Source: a virus
Reading direction: 5' to 3' (one strand)
DNA length: 64,000 bases
IMG/VR virus record: IMGVR_UViG_3300027832_000009
Location: 10,549 to 74,548 of that record
Shown: piece by piece, positions 17,548 to 27,756 of the stretch
Numbering within the stretch: the first letter of the stretch is position 1
How the letters are laid out: every line of letters begins with the position of its first letter
The notes under the pieces: generated by a model
Told to the model about the DNA's origin: nothing
The model's database searches: none
The model's input: only the letters and a program-made list of their open reading frames with translations
Translations under genes and position numbers: made by a program

Positions 17548-18975
17548 TCATATCTTGGGTATCGCGCTGGTGTCTTCGACAAAATCAAAATAGAACCGCG
17601 GCCTGTGTTGGAAGCACAGAGATCCGACAGCACCATCAGATTTACGCGTCACCACACAGTACGGGGCGATAAACGACCTAACCTCGAAATCCTCAGTCAG
17701 CTGGGCGGTGTCCCATGCTTGCCCGAACAACGCCTCGAGCTCCTCCCGTGTGCGGGGATTCGCATTAATCTCCTCCAGCTGCTTCATTCGCAGCGCCTCC
17801 ACTTCTCGTGGATCGGGTTTAGCTTTTGCCATTGTGGTCTTCTCCTTCAGGATAGGTTTGTAAAGTGACTGATCTAGTAAAGCGATTCCCGTTGCGTGCA
17901 CCGTCACAGGTGGTGTCGAATAGACCTCACCAGACGGAATATCGTTGATAGCTGCCTCGACACAGCCCGTAGCTACCGTCACATTACGCCAACCGCTGGC
18001 ACTGCGTAGTAGGGCCAAATACGTCAACATGCCGCTGGTGCGGATGTTCTCACCATAAAACACAGGTTGCTGCATGGGCCACAGCACCACAGCCGACCGC
18101 CCTGGTGATGGCCTTGGTATTTCGCACCATGTGAACACATTGGAATCCAGCCAGTGGTTGTACTGCTGGAGCTCCTTATTCAAGATCTTATTTGCCCACA
18201 CTTTACCACGACGCATAGCCTCACTAATAGATACGTCATCCTCAGGGAAAGCATCGGCCAACCTGTTCGCAACATCTCGCCACGTTACAAAGAAGTACCC
18301 ATCAATAGCCTCATCAACTACAGTGGGTGTTATTATTACAGGCTGCATGCGGCCGTCCTTGTATTTCACAAACACCACCGCAGCTGTGAGGCTCTGCAAT
18401 AAATGGATCTTCTGCCGCAGGTTAGTCATAAGTGCGTAACGTGGACGCAGCATCGACCGCCCCCCATAGATTTTGGTAGTGACACCCCTTGTGTTGACCT
18501 GCCATCTCCTCAGCATGTATTCGAGTATCTTCGGCACACTGCCGTCATCCCCAGTGTGTGCCGATAGCATAGACCTGCTCAGCAGTGCCTGATCCAATAA
18601 CTCGTGTGTGACCGTCGACAGGCTTCCACCCAGCGGAGATGAGCCGTACATGGTAACTGTAGGCTTAAGCATGTGACGCCTAGTACCCGTTTGCCAGCTG
18701 TCGGTATAAAACAAGTTATAAAAATACTCAGCGTCAGGTGTTCTTCTCCCCTCTTCTACACAAACAAACTTTGTATACCGGTAGTCACCGCCATCACCAG
18801 CAATCACATTACGGCCGGGTAGTGTCACACCCTCTGAAGCTGCAAACACAAGTTCCCTGTACCTGCTGTTATCAAGACGAGGGTTACGCTGCCTGCTCGG
18901 CGATAACTTATCACCTAGGTCGCACCGCACCGGTATCAACAAACGCTCAGCTGTCGCCTGCATTGTAATGTGCAC
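17548..18975 (-). CDS. paralog-family protein fused in frame to a small conserved phage protein
   Basis: ELQQYNHWLDSNVF family motif; internal GAAGGAG RBS and ATG at 17832 begin an FGQAWDT...FQHRPRFYF module. Confidence 0.7.
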   Translation of the reverse strand: MHITMQATAERLLIPVRCDLGDKLSPSRQRNPRLDNSRYRELVFAASEGVTLPGRNVIAGDGGDYRYTKFVCVEEGRRTPDAEYFYNLFYTDSWQTGTRRHMLKPTVTMYGSSPLGGSLSTVTHELLDQALLSRSMLSAHTGDDGSVPKILEYMLRRWQVNTRGVTTKIYGGRSMLRPRYALMTNLRQKIHLLQSLTAAVVFVKYKDGRMQPVIITPTVVDEAIDGYFFVTWRDVANRLADAFPEDDVSISEAMRRGKVWANKILNKELQQYNHWLDSNVFTWCEIPRPSPGRSAVVLWPMQQPVFYGENIRTSGMLTYLALLRSASGWRNVTVATGCVEAAINDIPSGEVYSTPPVTVHATGIALLDQSLYKPILKEKTTMAKAKPDPREVEALRMKQLEEINANPRTREELEALFGQAWDTAQLTEDFEVRSFIAPYCVVTRKSDGAVGSLCFQHRPRFYFDFVEDTSAIPKI

Positions 18976-20017
18976 ACGTTTCTCCTATGTTTACTGTCGC
19001 GATGTCTGGTCTTAATCTCACCGTTGTTGAGGGATGCATAATTTTGATAACGCTTTCAAGACAACGAAGTAGGCCGTTCGTCCTTATGTCGCTGCCATAA
19101 AACAGTGGTGTATCGAGCACCGTGTCTTCACCGTTAACTTGCGTGCACCATGTGTATACATCCGACGCCAGATACGCGTTGTACTCATCAATATCTCTCC
19201 GAAGTGCTCTATATGCCCAGTCTTTAGCAGCCTGTACAGCCTCCTTCTTGGGTAGTGAGAGCAGATTCGAATTTACTAACGGCAGCCTGAACTCGTGCGT
19301 TCGCATGAAGAACACACCAGAGATATCCCGCGGCTGTGTGAGATGCGACAGTTCGCGGGATTCTTTTAGTTTTCTACCATCATATTTCACAAAAATACAC
19401 GCACCGCACAGGTTCTTTACCCACTCACACAGCTTGTAGAAAGGCACACTGATGGCAACACCACCAGCCGCTTTACTGTCAAGCCTGCTGTATGTATCGC
19501 CAAGAGCGTTGCGGACCTCTCTTGCTACCAAATCCGTCTGCCAGTCTAACTCCGCCAGTATGTCCCTATAACGGGGTGCTCCCCACCGATCAATGTTGTC
19601 CAGCGTCTCCTCTGGGCGGGTATGGCGTAACGCTGGCTCGGTTCGCAGCTCCGACAATATCCTGAACAGCATATACCGCCTACTACCAGCCTCCTGGAGT
19701 CGTATAGGGTTGACTGAGGATAGACTGATCCAACCAGCCGAAGGGAATAGCCAAGTCTGTTGGTCACTCGGTAGCAACCTACCGCCTTTCGATCCAAACA
19801 ACACGCAACCGGTAGCGGTAGTGTTGTGCAGCAGAGCTTCTGTTGTTGCCCCGTCATGTATGTTATACGCTTTGAAGTTTTTATATACAGTCACCCTAAG
19901 ACCGGACCTGGGGTTTCGCATGATAGCTGCGTTACCCAGCGGCCCCCTCTCGCCGACAAAATTCAACTTAGCAATTCCTACCGTCAGTGGCTCGGCTGGG
20001 AGGCTAGTAAATCGCAT
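18947..20017 (-). CDS. paralog-family protein
   Basis: DIDEYNAYLASDVY motif shared with neighbours. Confidence 0.7.
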   Translation of the reverse strand: MRFTSLPAEPLTVGIAKLNFVGERGPLGNAAIMRNPRSGLRVTVYKNFKAYNIHDGATTEALLHNTTATGCVLFGSKGGRLLPSDQQTWLFPSAGWISLSSVNPIRLQEAGSRRYMLFRILSELRTEPALRHTRPEETLDNIDRWGAPRYRDILAELDWQTDLVAREVRNALGDTYSRLDSKAAGGVAISVPFYKLCEWVKNLCGACIFVKYDGRKLKESRELSHLTQPRDISGVFFMRTHEFRLPLVNSNLLSLPKKEAVQAAKDWAYRALRRDIDEYNAYLASDVYTWCTQVNGEDTVLDTPLFYGSDIRTNGLLRCLESVIKIMHPSTTVRLRPDIATVNIGETCAHYNAGDS

Positions 20018-20889
20018 GCGTCTGCCCCTGTAATGAATTTGAACCTGCTATCCGACCCCGCGGTTGCGAGCGTCTGCAATGTACCATTTGTTCGGTGGTC
20101 TGCACCGTATCGGTACCGGTGGCCGGACCAGCGTACCGGTGCCACCGGAGTACCGCCAGGCAGTAAAGCGATTTTGTACACCTCGTTACTGAACCAGCTA
20201 TTGTACATTCGGATCTCTTCCGTCACCGCCTCATCTGCCCACCTAAACACCCGCTGCAGTGTTTTACCCTCCAACGAGTCGCGGTCTTGGTAGTACTGCC
20301 GACTTATACAGCTCGCAGCGGCTGCAAATGGTACCACGAAAATTGCAGAGACATCTCGCTCTAACAATTTGCGACTATTGCTTATCCCCTTCCAGTCCAC
20401 CCTGTGGAATACACCGTCACGAAACCGCACAGGTACTACAGCTATAGACATCATATGCAACCATACAAGCAGTTGCTGAAACGACGCAGGTGTTTTTCTG
20501 GTATCGCTATACTCCTGCCTCTGTGCCGCAACCCTTCGGTAGTACCTGTCTTCAAACACGAGAAGGTTACGTAACAACTCAGATCTAATGCGTCCAACAT
20601 CTTCAGGAAGTAGGTAGTTGTGGATCTCTAATTCGGTGCTTATTACACTGTCTAAATTTTTTGACTTACTGAGTCCAGGGTGTACTGTGTAACTACGTAC
20701 AAGTTCCCCTTTGTATTTACTAAACATCATAACACCACACACCAACGACTCGATCTCCCCCGTGATTCGACTGTACCTTCCGCCAGTTGCGGGCTCGCCT
20801 TTGCAGTCGGCAGACCACCCTTTGCGTAAAGGGTTAATCTTGACTTGCGTGGCGTACACTACAGGCTTGATACTGCTTGTTATCTGCAC
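19984..20889 (-). CDS. paralog-family protein (recent duplicate)
   Basis: EEIRMYNSWFSNEVY; GTG start MQITSS after GAGGGGG. Confidence 0.7.
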   Translation of the reverse strand: MQITSSIKPVVYATQVKINPLRKGWSADCKGEPATGGRYSRITGEIESLVCGVMMFSKYKGELVRSYTVHPGLSKSKNLDSVISTELEIHNYLLPEDVGRIRSELLRNLLVFEDRYYRRVAAQRQEYSDTRKTPASFQQLLVWLHMMSIAVVPVRFRDGVFHRVDWKGISNSRKLLERDVSAIFVVPFAAAASCISRQYYQDRDSLEGKTLQRVFRWADEAVTEEIRMYNSWFSNEVYKIALLPGGTPVAPVRWSGHRYRYGADHRTNGTLQTLATAGSDSRFKFITGADACDLLASQPSH

Positions 20890-20890
20890 A

Positions 20891-21772
20891 TCACACCCCC
20901 TCTCTACGTGTAATGAATTTGAACCTATAATCTGCCGCAGTGGCTGCGAGTATCTGCAGTGCGCCATTCGTTCGGTGGTCTGCACCATATAGGTGGCCGG
21001 ACCCCCATAACGTGCTTGTCCCCCCCGACGTACCGTCGGGCAGTAAAGCGATTTTGTACACCTCGTTACTGAGCCAGCTATTGAACATTCGGATCTCTTC
21101 CGTCACCACCTTACCCGCCCAATTATACACATGCGTCAGGTTTTTACCCTCCAGAGATCCCCGGTCTCGGTAGTACTGCCGACCTAGACAGTCCTCAGCG
21201 GTATCAAATGACACCAAGAAAATTGCAGAGACATCTCGCTCTACCAATTTGCCTTGGTTGCTTATCCCTCGCCAGTCTACCTTGTGGAATACACCGTTAC
21301 GCAACCGCACAGGTACTACAGCTACAAACATCATATCCAGCCATGCAAGCAGCTGGTGAAACGACGCAGGTGTTTTTCTGGTATCTCTATACTCCTGCCG
21401 CTGCGCCGCGACCATTCGGCAGTATCTGTCTTCAGTCATAAGGAGTTTACTTAACAACTCGAGGCGTCTAGTAATCTGATAACTGTCAGGCTGGTAGATG
21501 TGGGCCGCTAATTTAGCGTCTATTACAATATCTAGAGTGTCTACCTTAGGGCGTCTACTGTTTACGCTGCGATTCGATAAACATGCCCTGCTGTATTTAC
21601 TAAACGACAGGATATCACACACCAACGACTCGATCTGCCCCGTGATTCGATTGTACCGGTTGCCGCACACTACAGGGTCACCCTCGCCGTCGCTACCCAG
21701 CCTTTTAGGAAAAGGGTTACTCTTGACTTGCGTGGCGTACATTACAGGCTTGACGCTGCTCGTTATCTGCAC
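20891..21772 (-). CDS. paralog-family protein (recent duplicate)
   Basis: EEIRMFNSWLSNEVY; DNA similarity to the neighbour at an 880-bp offset. Confidence 0.7.
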   Translation of the reverse strand: MQITSSVKPVMYATQVKSNPFPKRLGSDGEGDPVVCGNRYNRITGQIESLVCDILSFSKYSRACLSNRSVNSRRPKVDTLDIVIDAKLAAHIYQPDSYQITRRLELLSKLLMTEDRYCRMVAAQRQEYRDTRKTPASFHQLLAWLDMMFVAVVPVRLRNGVFHKVDWRGISNQGKLVERDVSAIFLVSFDTAEDCLGRQYYRDRGSLEGKNLTHVYNWAGKVVTEEIRMFNSWLSNEVYKIALLPDGTSGGTSTLWGSGHLYGADHRTNGALQILAATAADYRFKFITRREGV

Positions 21773-21878
21773 ATCACACCCCTCTCTACGTGTAAAAGAG
21801 CACAACCCTAGAACACAAATAGCCCACACTCGTATGAGTGTGGGCTACAAATTCTTTTCTTTAGCTATCAGCTGATAC

Positions 21879-22826
21879 CTACGCCCATAGCTCGTCGGTC
21901 ACAGGCCGGTCAGTCGCCTCATTAGAGATCAGCTTCCTTAACTGCTGCCAACCATGCTCGAAATTACCTGACGCTGCCGCTGCTGCTTTGTAGCCTTCTA
22001 GCGTCGTACAATCTACATTGATGCACTTGGCGGCATGCTCGAGCGCACTTGCGTGCTTAGGTGTATCGGCAACAAGTCTGTCATACAGATCCAGATCTTT
22101 CGCTGGCGCCCTGCTACCGTTATGTGTCAAATACGACACACGAGCGCACCGCGCAGCGGACACCTTCGGTAAGTCGATATAGTCTATGTCCCAGTCCTCG
22201 ACCTTGTCTATGAACGGTAGATGCCAGTCACCAATATGGAGTTGCGAGACCCTCCCCGCTGCCTGATTAGCAGACATACATTCGCGAATAAGACCAGCCA
22301 GTATCTGGATATGCGGCTCTGCTTTCTCGTGGCAGCGTAATGCGAACAGGTTCGCAAATGAGCTGGTGGTTCCTGAGAGGACCACAGTGATCCACATCCA
22401 CGGCTCCAGCAGCCTGTTAGGGATCTGTTTGTGTAGGCCGAGCTTCAGCATCGCCCACGCAACAGCGATCACGAAAAGTCGCAGAGTGAGCCACAGCCGT
22501 CTGCAAACCCAGATTCTCAGTGCAGAAACTTGGGAGTAGGCCTGCATACCTTGCTGAGCCGCCCCCCAATAAACCGGTACAACCGGATCCCTATAAACGT
22601 CACGAAGCATCTGCCGCACAGGGATGGCTCGGGACGATGCGGAGTTACGTGAGTTTCTGCGGTGAGTCAACAGCTCGCTGTGGATGAACCGATTATACCG
22701 GATCTCAAGTGTTGTTAGACGGCTTCCGTTTGGGTGCCGACTGTCGGCCAGTACTCGACACCTTATTCCTGACGCTTCGTCGTTTCGCTGTGTCGCCTCG
22801 CTGCTTATCTGTGTCATGCTTCTCAT
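21879..22826 (-). CDS. thyX: flavin-dependent thymidylate synthase
   Basis: LTTLEIRYNRFIHSELLTHRRNSRNSASSRAIP (ThyX motif), SAARCARVSY and HASALEH. Confidence 0.9.
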   Translation of the reverse strand: MRSMTQISSEATQRNDEASGIRCRVLADSRHPNGSRLTTLEIRYNRFIHSELLTHRRNSRNSASSRAIPVRQMLRDVYRDPVVPVYWGAAQQGMQAYSQVSALRIWVCRRLWLTLRLFVIAVAWAMLKLGLHKQIPNRLLEPWMWITVVLSGTTSSFANLFALRCHEKAEPHIQILAGLIRECMSANQAAGRVSQLHIGDWHLPFIDKVEDWDIDYIDLPKVSAARCARVSYLTHNGSRAPAKDLDLYDRLVADTPKHASALEHAAKCINVDCTTLEGYKAAAAASGNFEHGWQQLRKLISNEATDRPVTDELWA

Positions 22827-23169
22827 GCTTCTGCTTTGCTTTCCCTACTACCTGTGCCTCAATGACATTGAACGTAGACCGTACACCGTAAAACTCCTGC
22901 AACAATATCTGCGTGTAGTGAATCACCTTCTTGAGATCTGTGATACCACCCTCTACGCCGCCTTTCTTTCCGTGCCTCGTGATGTACTTGACAACCTCGA
23001 ACTCGATACCTCCCAAGTTGTTTGCCAACGAGTACGTCACAGGCTCAATACCACATCCCTTGTAGTGGCTACCACCCTGCTGGATCTCCAGCACACCCTG
23101 CTGACGTGCCGCCTTTGCGATTTCCCGTTTCACACGACTAACACGACACACTGAAGCTGAATTAGGCAT
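22705..23169 (-). CDS. DUF3310 / SaV-like protein
   Basis: QGGSHY...IEP...VKYITRHGKK...DLKKVIHY. Confidence 0.8.
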   Translation of the reverse strand: MPNSASVCRVSRVKREIAKAARQQGVLEIQQGGSHYKGCGIEPVTYSLANNLGGIEFEVVKYITRHGKKGGVEGGITDLKKVIHYTQILLQEFYGVRSTFNVIEAQVVGKAKQKHEKHDTDKQRGDTAKRRSVRNKVSSTGRQSAPKRKPSNNT

Positions 23170-23227
23170 ATCTGCGAACCTGTTGATGTCCTGCTGTGAA
23201 CCAGCAGGGTTGTGATTGTTATGAGTG

Positions 23228-23256
23228 AGAGGACCCCCGGAAACCGAGGGTCCTCT
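23228..23256 (-). terminator. hairpin, possible terminator
   Basis: AGAGGACCC(T)CGG-TTT-CCG(G)GGGTCCTCT on the minus strand; no U-tract. Confidence 0.45.
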
Positions 23257-23338
23257 ACTGAGCGCAGGGCCACAGATCTTCGCTGACTAGACGGTTTATC
23301 AGCTAAACCTGCGACCCGCGAATTCGCACAAAGACCTA

Positions 23339-24127
23339 CTACTCCCCATATGGGCCGGTTGGTCCTGTCGCTCCGTCTGGGCTGCTTGGCGACACAGGCT
23401 CAACCACAACAGGCTCAACCACAACAGGCTCAACCACAACAGGCTCAACCTCTGGCTCAACCACAGTAGGCTCAACCACAGCAGGCTCAACCGCCTCTGG
23501 TGCCGCTGGTAGAGTGGCAAACAGCGGACTTGCTGTCTCGCTGAATGACTTGACCGTGCCTACACCATCCGGACCCAGCGGCGCAACATCGTCGATCGCC
23601 ACAAACTCCGTAATGCTCGGGTGTGATCTGTTCCCGGCGTCGTCGATGTAGCTCAAGGTTATTGTGTACGCCGTGTCTTGCAACACGGAGAATTGCACAA
23701 CCTGGTCTGCCAGGGCTGGAACCTTAACAACGAGTGGCTCAGCGTTAGCCTGACTGATAGTCACCTGCTGGATAACCACATCCGAGTCCGTCAGACGTGG
23801 GTCAGCCAGCGTCAGCTGCTTATTGATGTAGGACATAAACTCGCTCTCCGAAATAACGTCAATCTCTGATATTTCTGGCGGTACCACAAGGTGCCGCCAC
23901 ACTAATTTCCGCAAATTTTCTTGCGACTTCCTCAAACCTTCTGACTGCGTCATCAATGACGCAGCCGCGCTGAACGTGAACTGCCGCAGCTCTCGCAACG
24001 TGTCCATTTGCACCAGCACCAGTTGCTGCAGCTCAGCCACCTTTAACAGAACTGCCGCAATATCCGGTGCTGGTGCCACTGGCTTTGATGTTCCGAATAA
24101 TCTGCCAAATATACTGCGACCAACCAT
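23339..24127 (-). CDS. protein with FN3/Ig-like beta domain and VVEPV repeats
   Basis: YTITLSYIDDAGNRS...IDDVAP; 15-bp tandem repeats near 23395-23490; likely start MVGRSIF. Confidence 0.6.
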   Translation of the reverse strand: MVGRSIFGRLFGTSKPVAPAPDIAAVLLKVAELQQLVLVQMDTLRELRQFTFSAAASLMTQSEGLRKSQENLRKLVWRHLVVPPEISEIDVISESEFMSYINKQLTLADPRLTDSDVVIQQVTISQANAEPLVVKVPALADQVVQFSVLQDTAYTITLSYIDDAGNRSHPSITEFVAIDDVAPLGPDGVGTVKSFSETASPLFATLPAAPEAVEPAVVEPTVVEPEVEPVVVEPVVVEPVVVEPVSPSSPDGATGPTGPYGE

Positions 24128-24182
24128 GGTTGGCAATCTCCACTGACCAGTTAAAAAAAACAGCAAAACAAAATGGGCGTTA

Positions 24183-24575
24183 CTACGGTGTCTCGCCGTG
24201 GACGTCCACCGCTTTTGCCCGCCTCTCGAGCATGGTGCTCTCACCACCGTCGTTGCCCCTGCCGGTATTAACGCTAGCAGACAACCTGTCTGTAAGCGCA
24301 CTGATTGCAACAGGTTCGACCTCGCGATCGAACTGGATTGTCACCATAAAATAGTCGGTGTTGTGGTCCCTCGTCAGCACGATCCCTGAAATTGCTGGTG
24401 AGATGCTGGCCGTGGAAACCGCGTCATCCACAAGCTCAGCAATTCCTCGCATCAACTTCCCGAGTACGCCAGCAGCAGCTGCTGCGACACCAACCTCTCG
24501 CAGGGCAGCCTCAGTCGACTCGCCCTGCTCTATCTGCACCTTCGTAGATACTTCGTCTTTTGTTGTTGTGACCAT
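24183..24575 (-). CDS. hypothetical protein
   Basis: 130 aa ORF with AGGGG RBS. Confidence 0.6.
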   Translation of the reverse strand: MVTTTKDEVSTKVQIEQGESTEAALREVGVAAAAAGVLGKLMRGIAELVDDAVSTASISPAISGIVLTRDHNTDYFMVTIQFDREVEPVAISALTDRLSASVNTGRGNDGGESTMLERRAKAVDVHGETP

Positions 24576-24604
24576 TTGATCCCCTATTAACTGCTGTCTG
24601 TGGT

Positions 24605-24892
24605 TTACTCTTCTTGACCAATTTTAGCGATAGCCGCAGCTACCGCCGTGTACACCAGCACATCGTCGGCACGTAATGCCAGCATGCTTGACTCGTACTC
24701 TGTGTCCTCTAACTCCAGCATCCCCTGCACAATCTCTTGTGCTATCTCCTCCACCTGCTGCTCGGTCCGCAGCTGCTCCGGCATCGCTACCTCCAGAGGT
24801 CGGATATTAAACGCTTTCACCAGATTCTGCGACACATCCCCAAACTGGTCTCTCAACCGTTGGCGGTAACTAGACTGGTCGTCTTGACTCAT
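24605..24892 (-). CDS. hypothetical protein
   Basis: 95 aa ORF with ATGA overlap. Confidence 0.6.
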   Translation of the reverse strand: MSQDDQSSYRQRLRDQFGDVSQNLVKAFNIRPLEVAMPEQLRTEQQVEEIAQEIVQGMLELEDTEYESSMLALRADDVLVYTAVAAAIAKIGQEE

Positions 24893-25713
24893 AGCTCTAC
24901 TCCAGCTTCAAATCTCTTAACCTTGTCCGCCATGGCGTATGGCGGAGACACATTCAACCCTATCCTAACAACACGCTGATTTAAGCTCCACCGTTTACCT
25001 GGTCGGACCAGCGACGTCACGCCAATGTGCTGGCAGATTCCTGGGTTTATCACACCTACCCACAGCCCTGCGGCTGCGGCCGAATTACGCAACAGGTCGT
25101 CAAATCGCTTCGTTACGTTTGGTGGCTGCTTCAAAAAATTCGCCTGCTCGTACACCCGCCTGCTCACATACAGACACTGCGCGGTAATACCCGACGACAC
25201 AGCTCCCTGCGTGTGACCCTTGTGAAAACTTTTACCGAGCTTCACACCAGCCAACACACCGAGAGGGTTGCTGTTACCCCAGCTGTTCACTATTTGCAAA
25301 AGTTGAGTATACCACTCCACCTTTAATAGAATGTCATCCTGCAGCAGGATTACCCCCTCCGCCTCGGTTGTCTCAAACAACCTTCGCAATACATGACAAG
25401 AGGCTTTCACTACACCCATGGGTTGCTTACTTACACTAACAGATACCCTATCTGCCAACGGTGTCAGCTTCCTGTTACCTGCTGGCAACACAGAGAAGCC
25501 GTAACCGCTCCACTTGCTGATCTTGGGCCAGTCATACTTAACCTCTAAAAGTGGGCCTCTGCCGTAGTAAGCCTTCGCCGATGCATCTGTGCTGCAATCA
25601 TCATGCACCATTACCCTCACGTCTGCCGGTAACTGCGTAGCACTCAGCGACCGTAACGTGATGTCGAGATACCCTGCTCTATTTCTAGTCAGTACACAAA
25701 TTGGTGGTTGCAT
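24889..25713 (-). CDS. glycosyltransferase, GT2/GT-A fold
   Basis: ICVLTRNR...VMVHDDCS...ILLQDDI. Confidence 0.75.
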   Translation of the reverse strand: MQPPICVLTRNRAGYLDITLRSLSATQLPADVRVMVHDDCSTDASAKAYYGRGPLLEVKYDWPKISKWSGYGFSVLPAGNRKLTPLADRVSVSVSKQPMGVVKASCHVLRRLFETTEAEGVILLQDDILLKVEWYTQLLQIVNSWGNSNPLGVLAGVKLGKSFHKGHTQGAVSSGITAQCLYVSRRVYEQANFLKQPPNVTKRFDDLLRNSAAAAGLWVGVINPGICQHIGVTSLVRPGKRWSLNQRVVRIGLNVSPPYAMADKVKRFEAGVEL

Positions 25714-25731
25714 TATTTGCGGACCTATGCC

Positions 25732-27720
25732 CTACATTGCTGCTGGTGCTGGTGCTTGCTGCTGTTGCTGCATCAGCATATCGCCACCTTGGAGCCTCGC
25801 CTGATTTCGCATCTCATCCAGTTGCGATTTAACCAAGTCTGCCATGACTGGGTTCTCTTTCCTCAGCTGGATCAGATAACTCTTCCTCTGACTCTCAGGC
25901 ATTGTCATCGCCTGCTGAGCCAGTGTAGTAGCCTGAGATACCATCTCTTCTACTGTAGTTGGCTGGTTCGGTGTCGGTAGCTGCTGGGCAGCGAATTGCT
26001 GAGATGCCCCTCCCGGGGCGGCACCCGCCGGCGCAGCTCCACCAGCGGCAGGTGCAGCTGGTGCTCCGCCGCCAGGCATTGCTCCCGGCATTCCCTGCAT
26101 CATTGGCATCTGCCCTGGCATCCCCGGCATAGGTGGCGGAGGGGCGCCACCGGCTGGCTGGCCTTGTACCGCAGTTGCCTCCATTGATGCAGCCTGATCC
26201 ATCTCCTTCTGCTGCTTTTCCGTCTCCTCTGCAACTATTCGCTCTTCCTCCAGCTTCAGCCGTTCTTCTTCTGCGAAGTCTGCACCCACAGAGGCCATAC
26301 CCGTTGTGCGACTCATCTGGCCGCCCATCATCAGTTGAAGTTTCGCCATCTGTCGATTCAGGTCATCCGCATGGGTAACCTTGGTCAGGCGAGCAGTAAC
26401 CGGCTGCCAGTTAAAGATCTCACCAACTCGCTGCACTATATGAGCGAGCTGCTTATTCAGTGCGTTTACCAGGCTGGACCAGTATGCCTCGAACAGCCGC
26501 AGCGCCGCGGGTGCTGCCTGCATGCTCATCGAACCTTTGTACATTTCTACCGGGATACCAATGGCTGTCAGCAGCGTATCCATACCGAGCTCTAGTAGCT
26601 CCTTCGGAGCCAGTTGCGTAGCATCCCCACCCAGCGCGTGATACTCGATCGGCGAGGGTAGGACATTCCACTCTGTCGGGTTAGCCCTGCGCCGCTTGAT
26701 CATGGACCGGACACGGGAGCTAAAGTCGCCCATGTTCAGCATTATTACAGGGTCGTTAAGGTCTCCCCCATCCCCACTGCTACCTTTACGCGGGGCAGGT
26801 GTGATCACTCGAAACGGGATAATGTAATCTAACGCCAGAGCTTCATTGTAGGCGTGCAGCAGCTGGACGTACCAAGCCTGCCTGAAGTTAGCCAGAACTC
26901 TACTTATTCCCCATCCGTGACTACGGATACCGGCGAGCGGCTGCTCTTTCATGTGGTACACGACATCCTTATCGAACCACAAGTGCTGATTGTTCTTTAC
27001 AGCGTCCACAACTTCCCAATTTGCCCGCTCAAGCTGAAACAGCTCTCCGCGACGCAGCTGGGATCTGTAGTCTTCTGGTATCTTCCAGATGTAAGCACTC
27101 TGACCTGTCAGCTGGTCGTAGCAAATCGCCATCTCGTGTGGGGACCATCGCTTTACAACGACATCGCCAGTAACCCCGGCCCTTCTGTCAATATGCCGCC
27201 AGTCACCCGAGTATCCGCACTGCTTGCAGGTGGCATTAAATTTGAATCCGTTGAAGCTATACCCGAATGACGAACTGTTCGCGATCTTGTTCAGCGGGCT
27301 CTCGAAGCCACATTTTCGGCAGGCGAGGTATCGCTTGAATGGCATCAACACAGACGTGAATGAATTACCGTAGGTCAGGTAATCCAGCCCGATCGTAAGC
27401 AGTAGCTCGCGGATACCGAGTTTGTCTTCAAGAAAGTCTATGTACTGCTGCTTTTCTTGTTTACCAAGTCGCTGCGCACCGTCCCCATCAGACTTCGCAA
27501 CAATCTCCACTTCCGTGATAAAGTAAGCGACAATCCTGGAGATCGCCGAGCGGTAAACACCGCTGGCATTGATGATAAACTCGGTCCAGCGGTTGGCCTC
27601 ATCTATTGTGGATGGCATAGCCATCGAAGAGAAACTCATGAAGGGGTCGGCAAACTGGTGCGGGTCTTTACCCGACCACATGCCGCTGGAGATCATTGAG
27701 TCTAGGCCGGGAGCAGCCAT
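25732..27720 (-). CDS. probable portal protein with CxxC zinc-ribbon insertion and P/G/A/M-rich tail
   Basis: FADPF...YRSAISRIVAYF...LDYLTYGNSF pattern typical of large-phage portals; CRKC and CKQC. Confidence 0.6.
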   Translation of the reverse strand: MAAPGLDSMISSGMWSGKDPHQFADPFMSFSSMAMPSTIDEANRWTEFIINASGVYRSAISRIVAYFITEVEIVAKSDGDGAQRLGKQEKQQYIDFLEDKLGIRELLLTIGLDYLTYGNSFTSVLMPFKRYLACRKCGFESPLNKIANSSSFGYSFNGFKFNATCKQCGYSGDWRHIDRRAGVTGDVVVKRWSPHEMAICYDQLTGQSAYIWKIPEDYRSQLRRGELFQLERANWEVVDAVKNNQHLWFDKDVVYHMKEQPLAGIRSHGWGISRVLANFRQAWYVQLLHAYNEALALDYIIPFRVITPAPRKGSSGDGGDLNDPVIMLNMGDFSSRVRSMIKRRRANPTEWNVLPSPIEYHALGGDATQLAPKELLELGMDTLLTAIGIPVEMYKGSMSMQAAPAALRLFEAYWSSLVNALNKQLAHIVQRVGEIFNWQPVTARLTKVTHADDLNRQMAKLQLMMGGQMSRTTGMASVGADFAEEERLKLEEERIVAEETEKQQKEMDQAASMEATAVQGQPAGGAPPPPMPGMPGQMPMMQGMPGAMPGGGAPAAPAAGGAAPAGAAPGGASQQFAAQQLPTPNQPTTVEEMVSQATTLAQQAMTMPESQRKSYLIQLRKENPVMADLVKSQLDEMRNQARLQGGDMLMQQQQQAPAPAAM

Positions 27721-27736
27721 ACCATCACCATCCGCC

Positions 27737-27754
27737 TTGGTTATTAATAACGAA
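27737..27754. promoter_or_regulatory. intergenic GGTTATTAATAACC-type palindrome
   Basis: TTGGTTATTAATAACGAA just upstream of the portal gene. Confidence 0.55.
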
Positions 27755-27756
27755 CT

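Noticed and set aside
17152-17868. 238 aa plus-strand ORF
   Set aside because: It is antisense to a better-supported gene and runs through duplicated element DNA.
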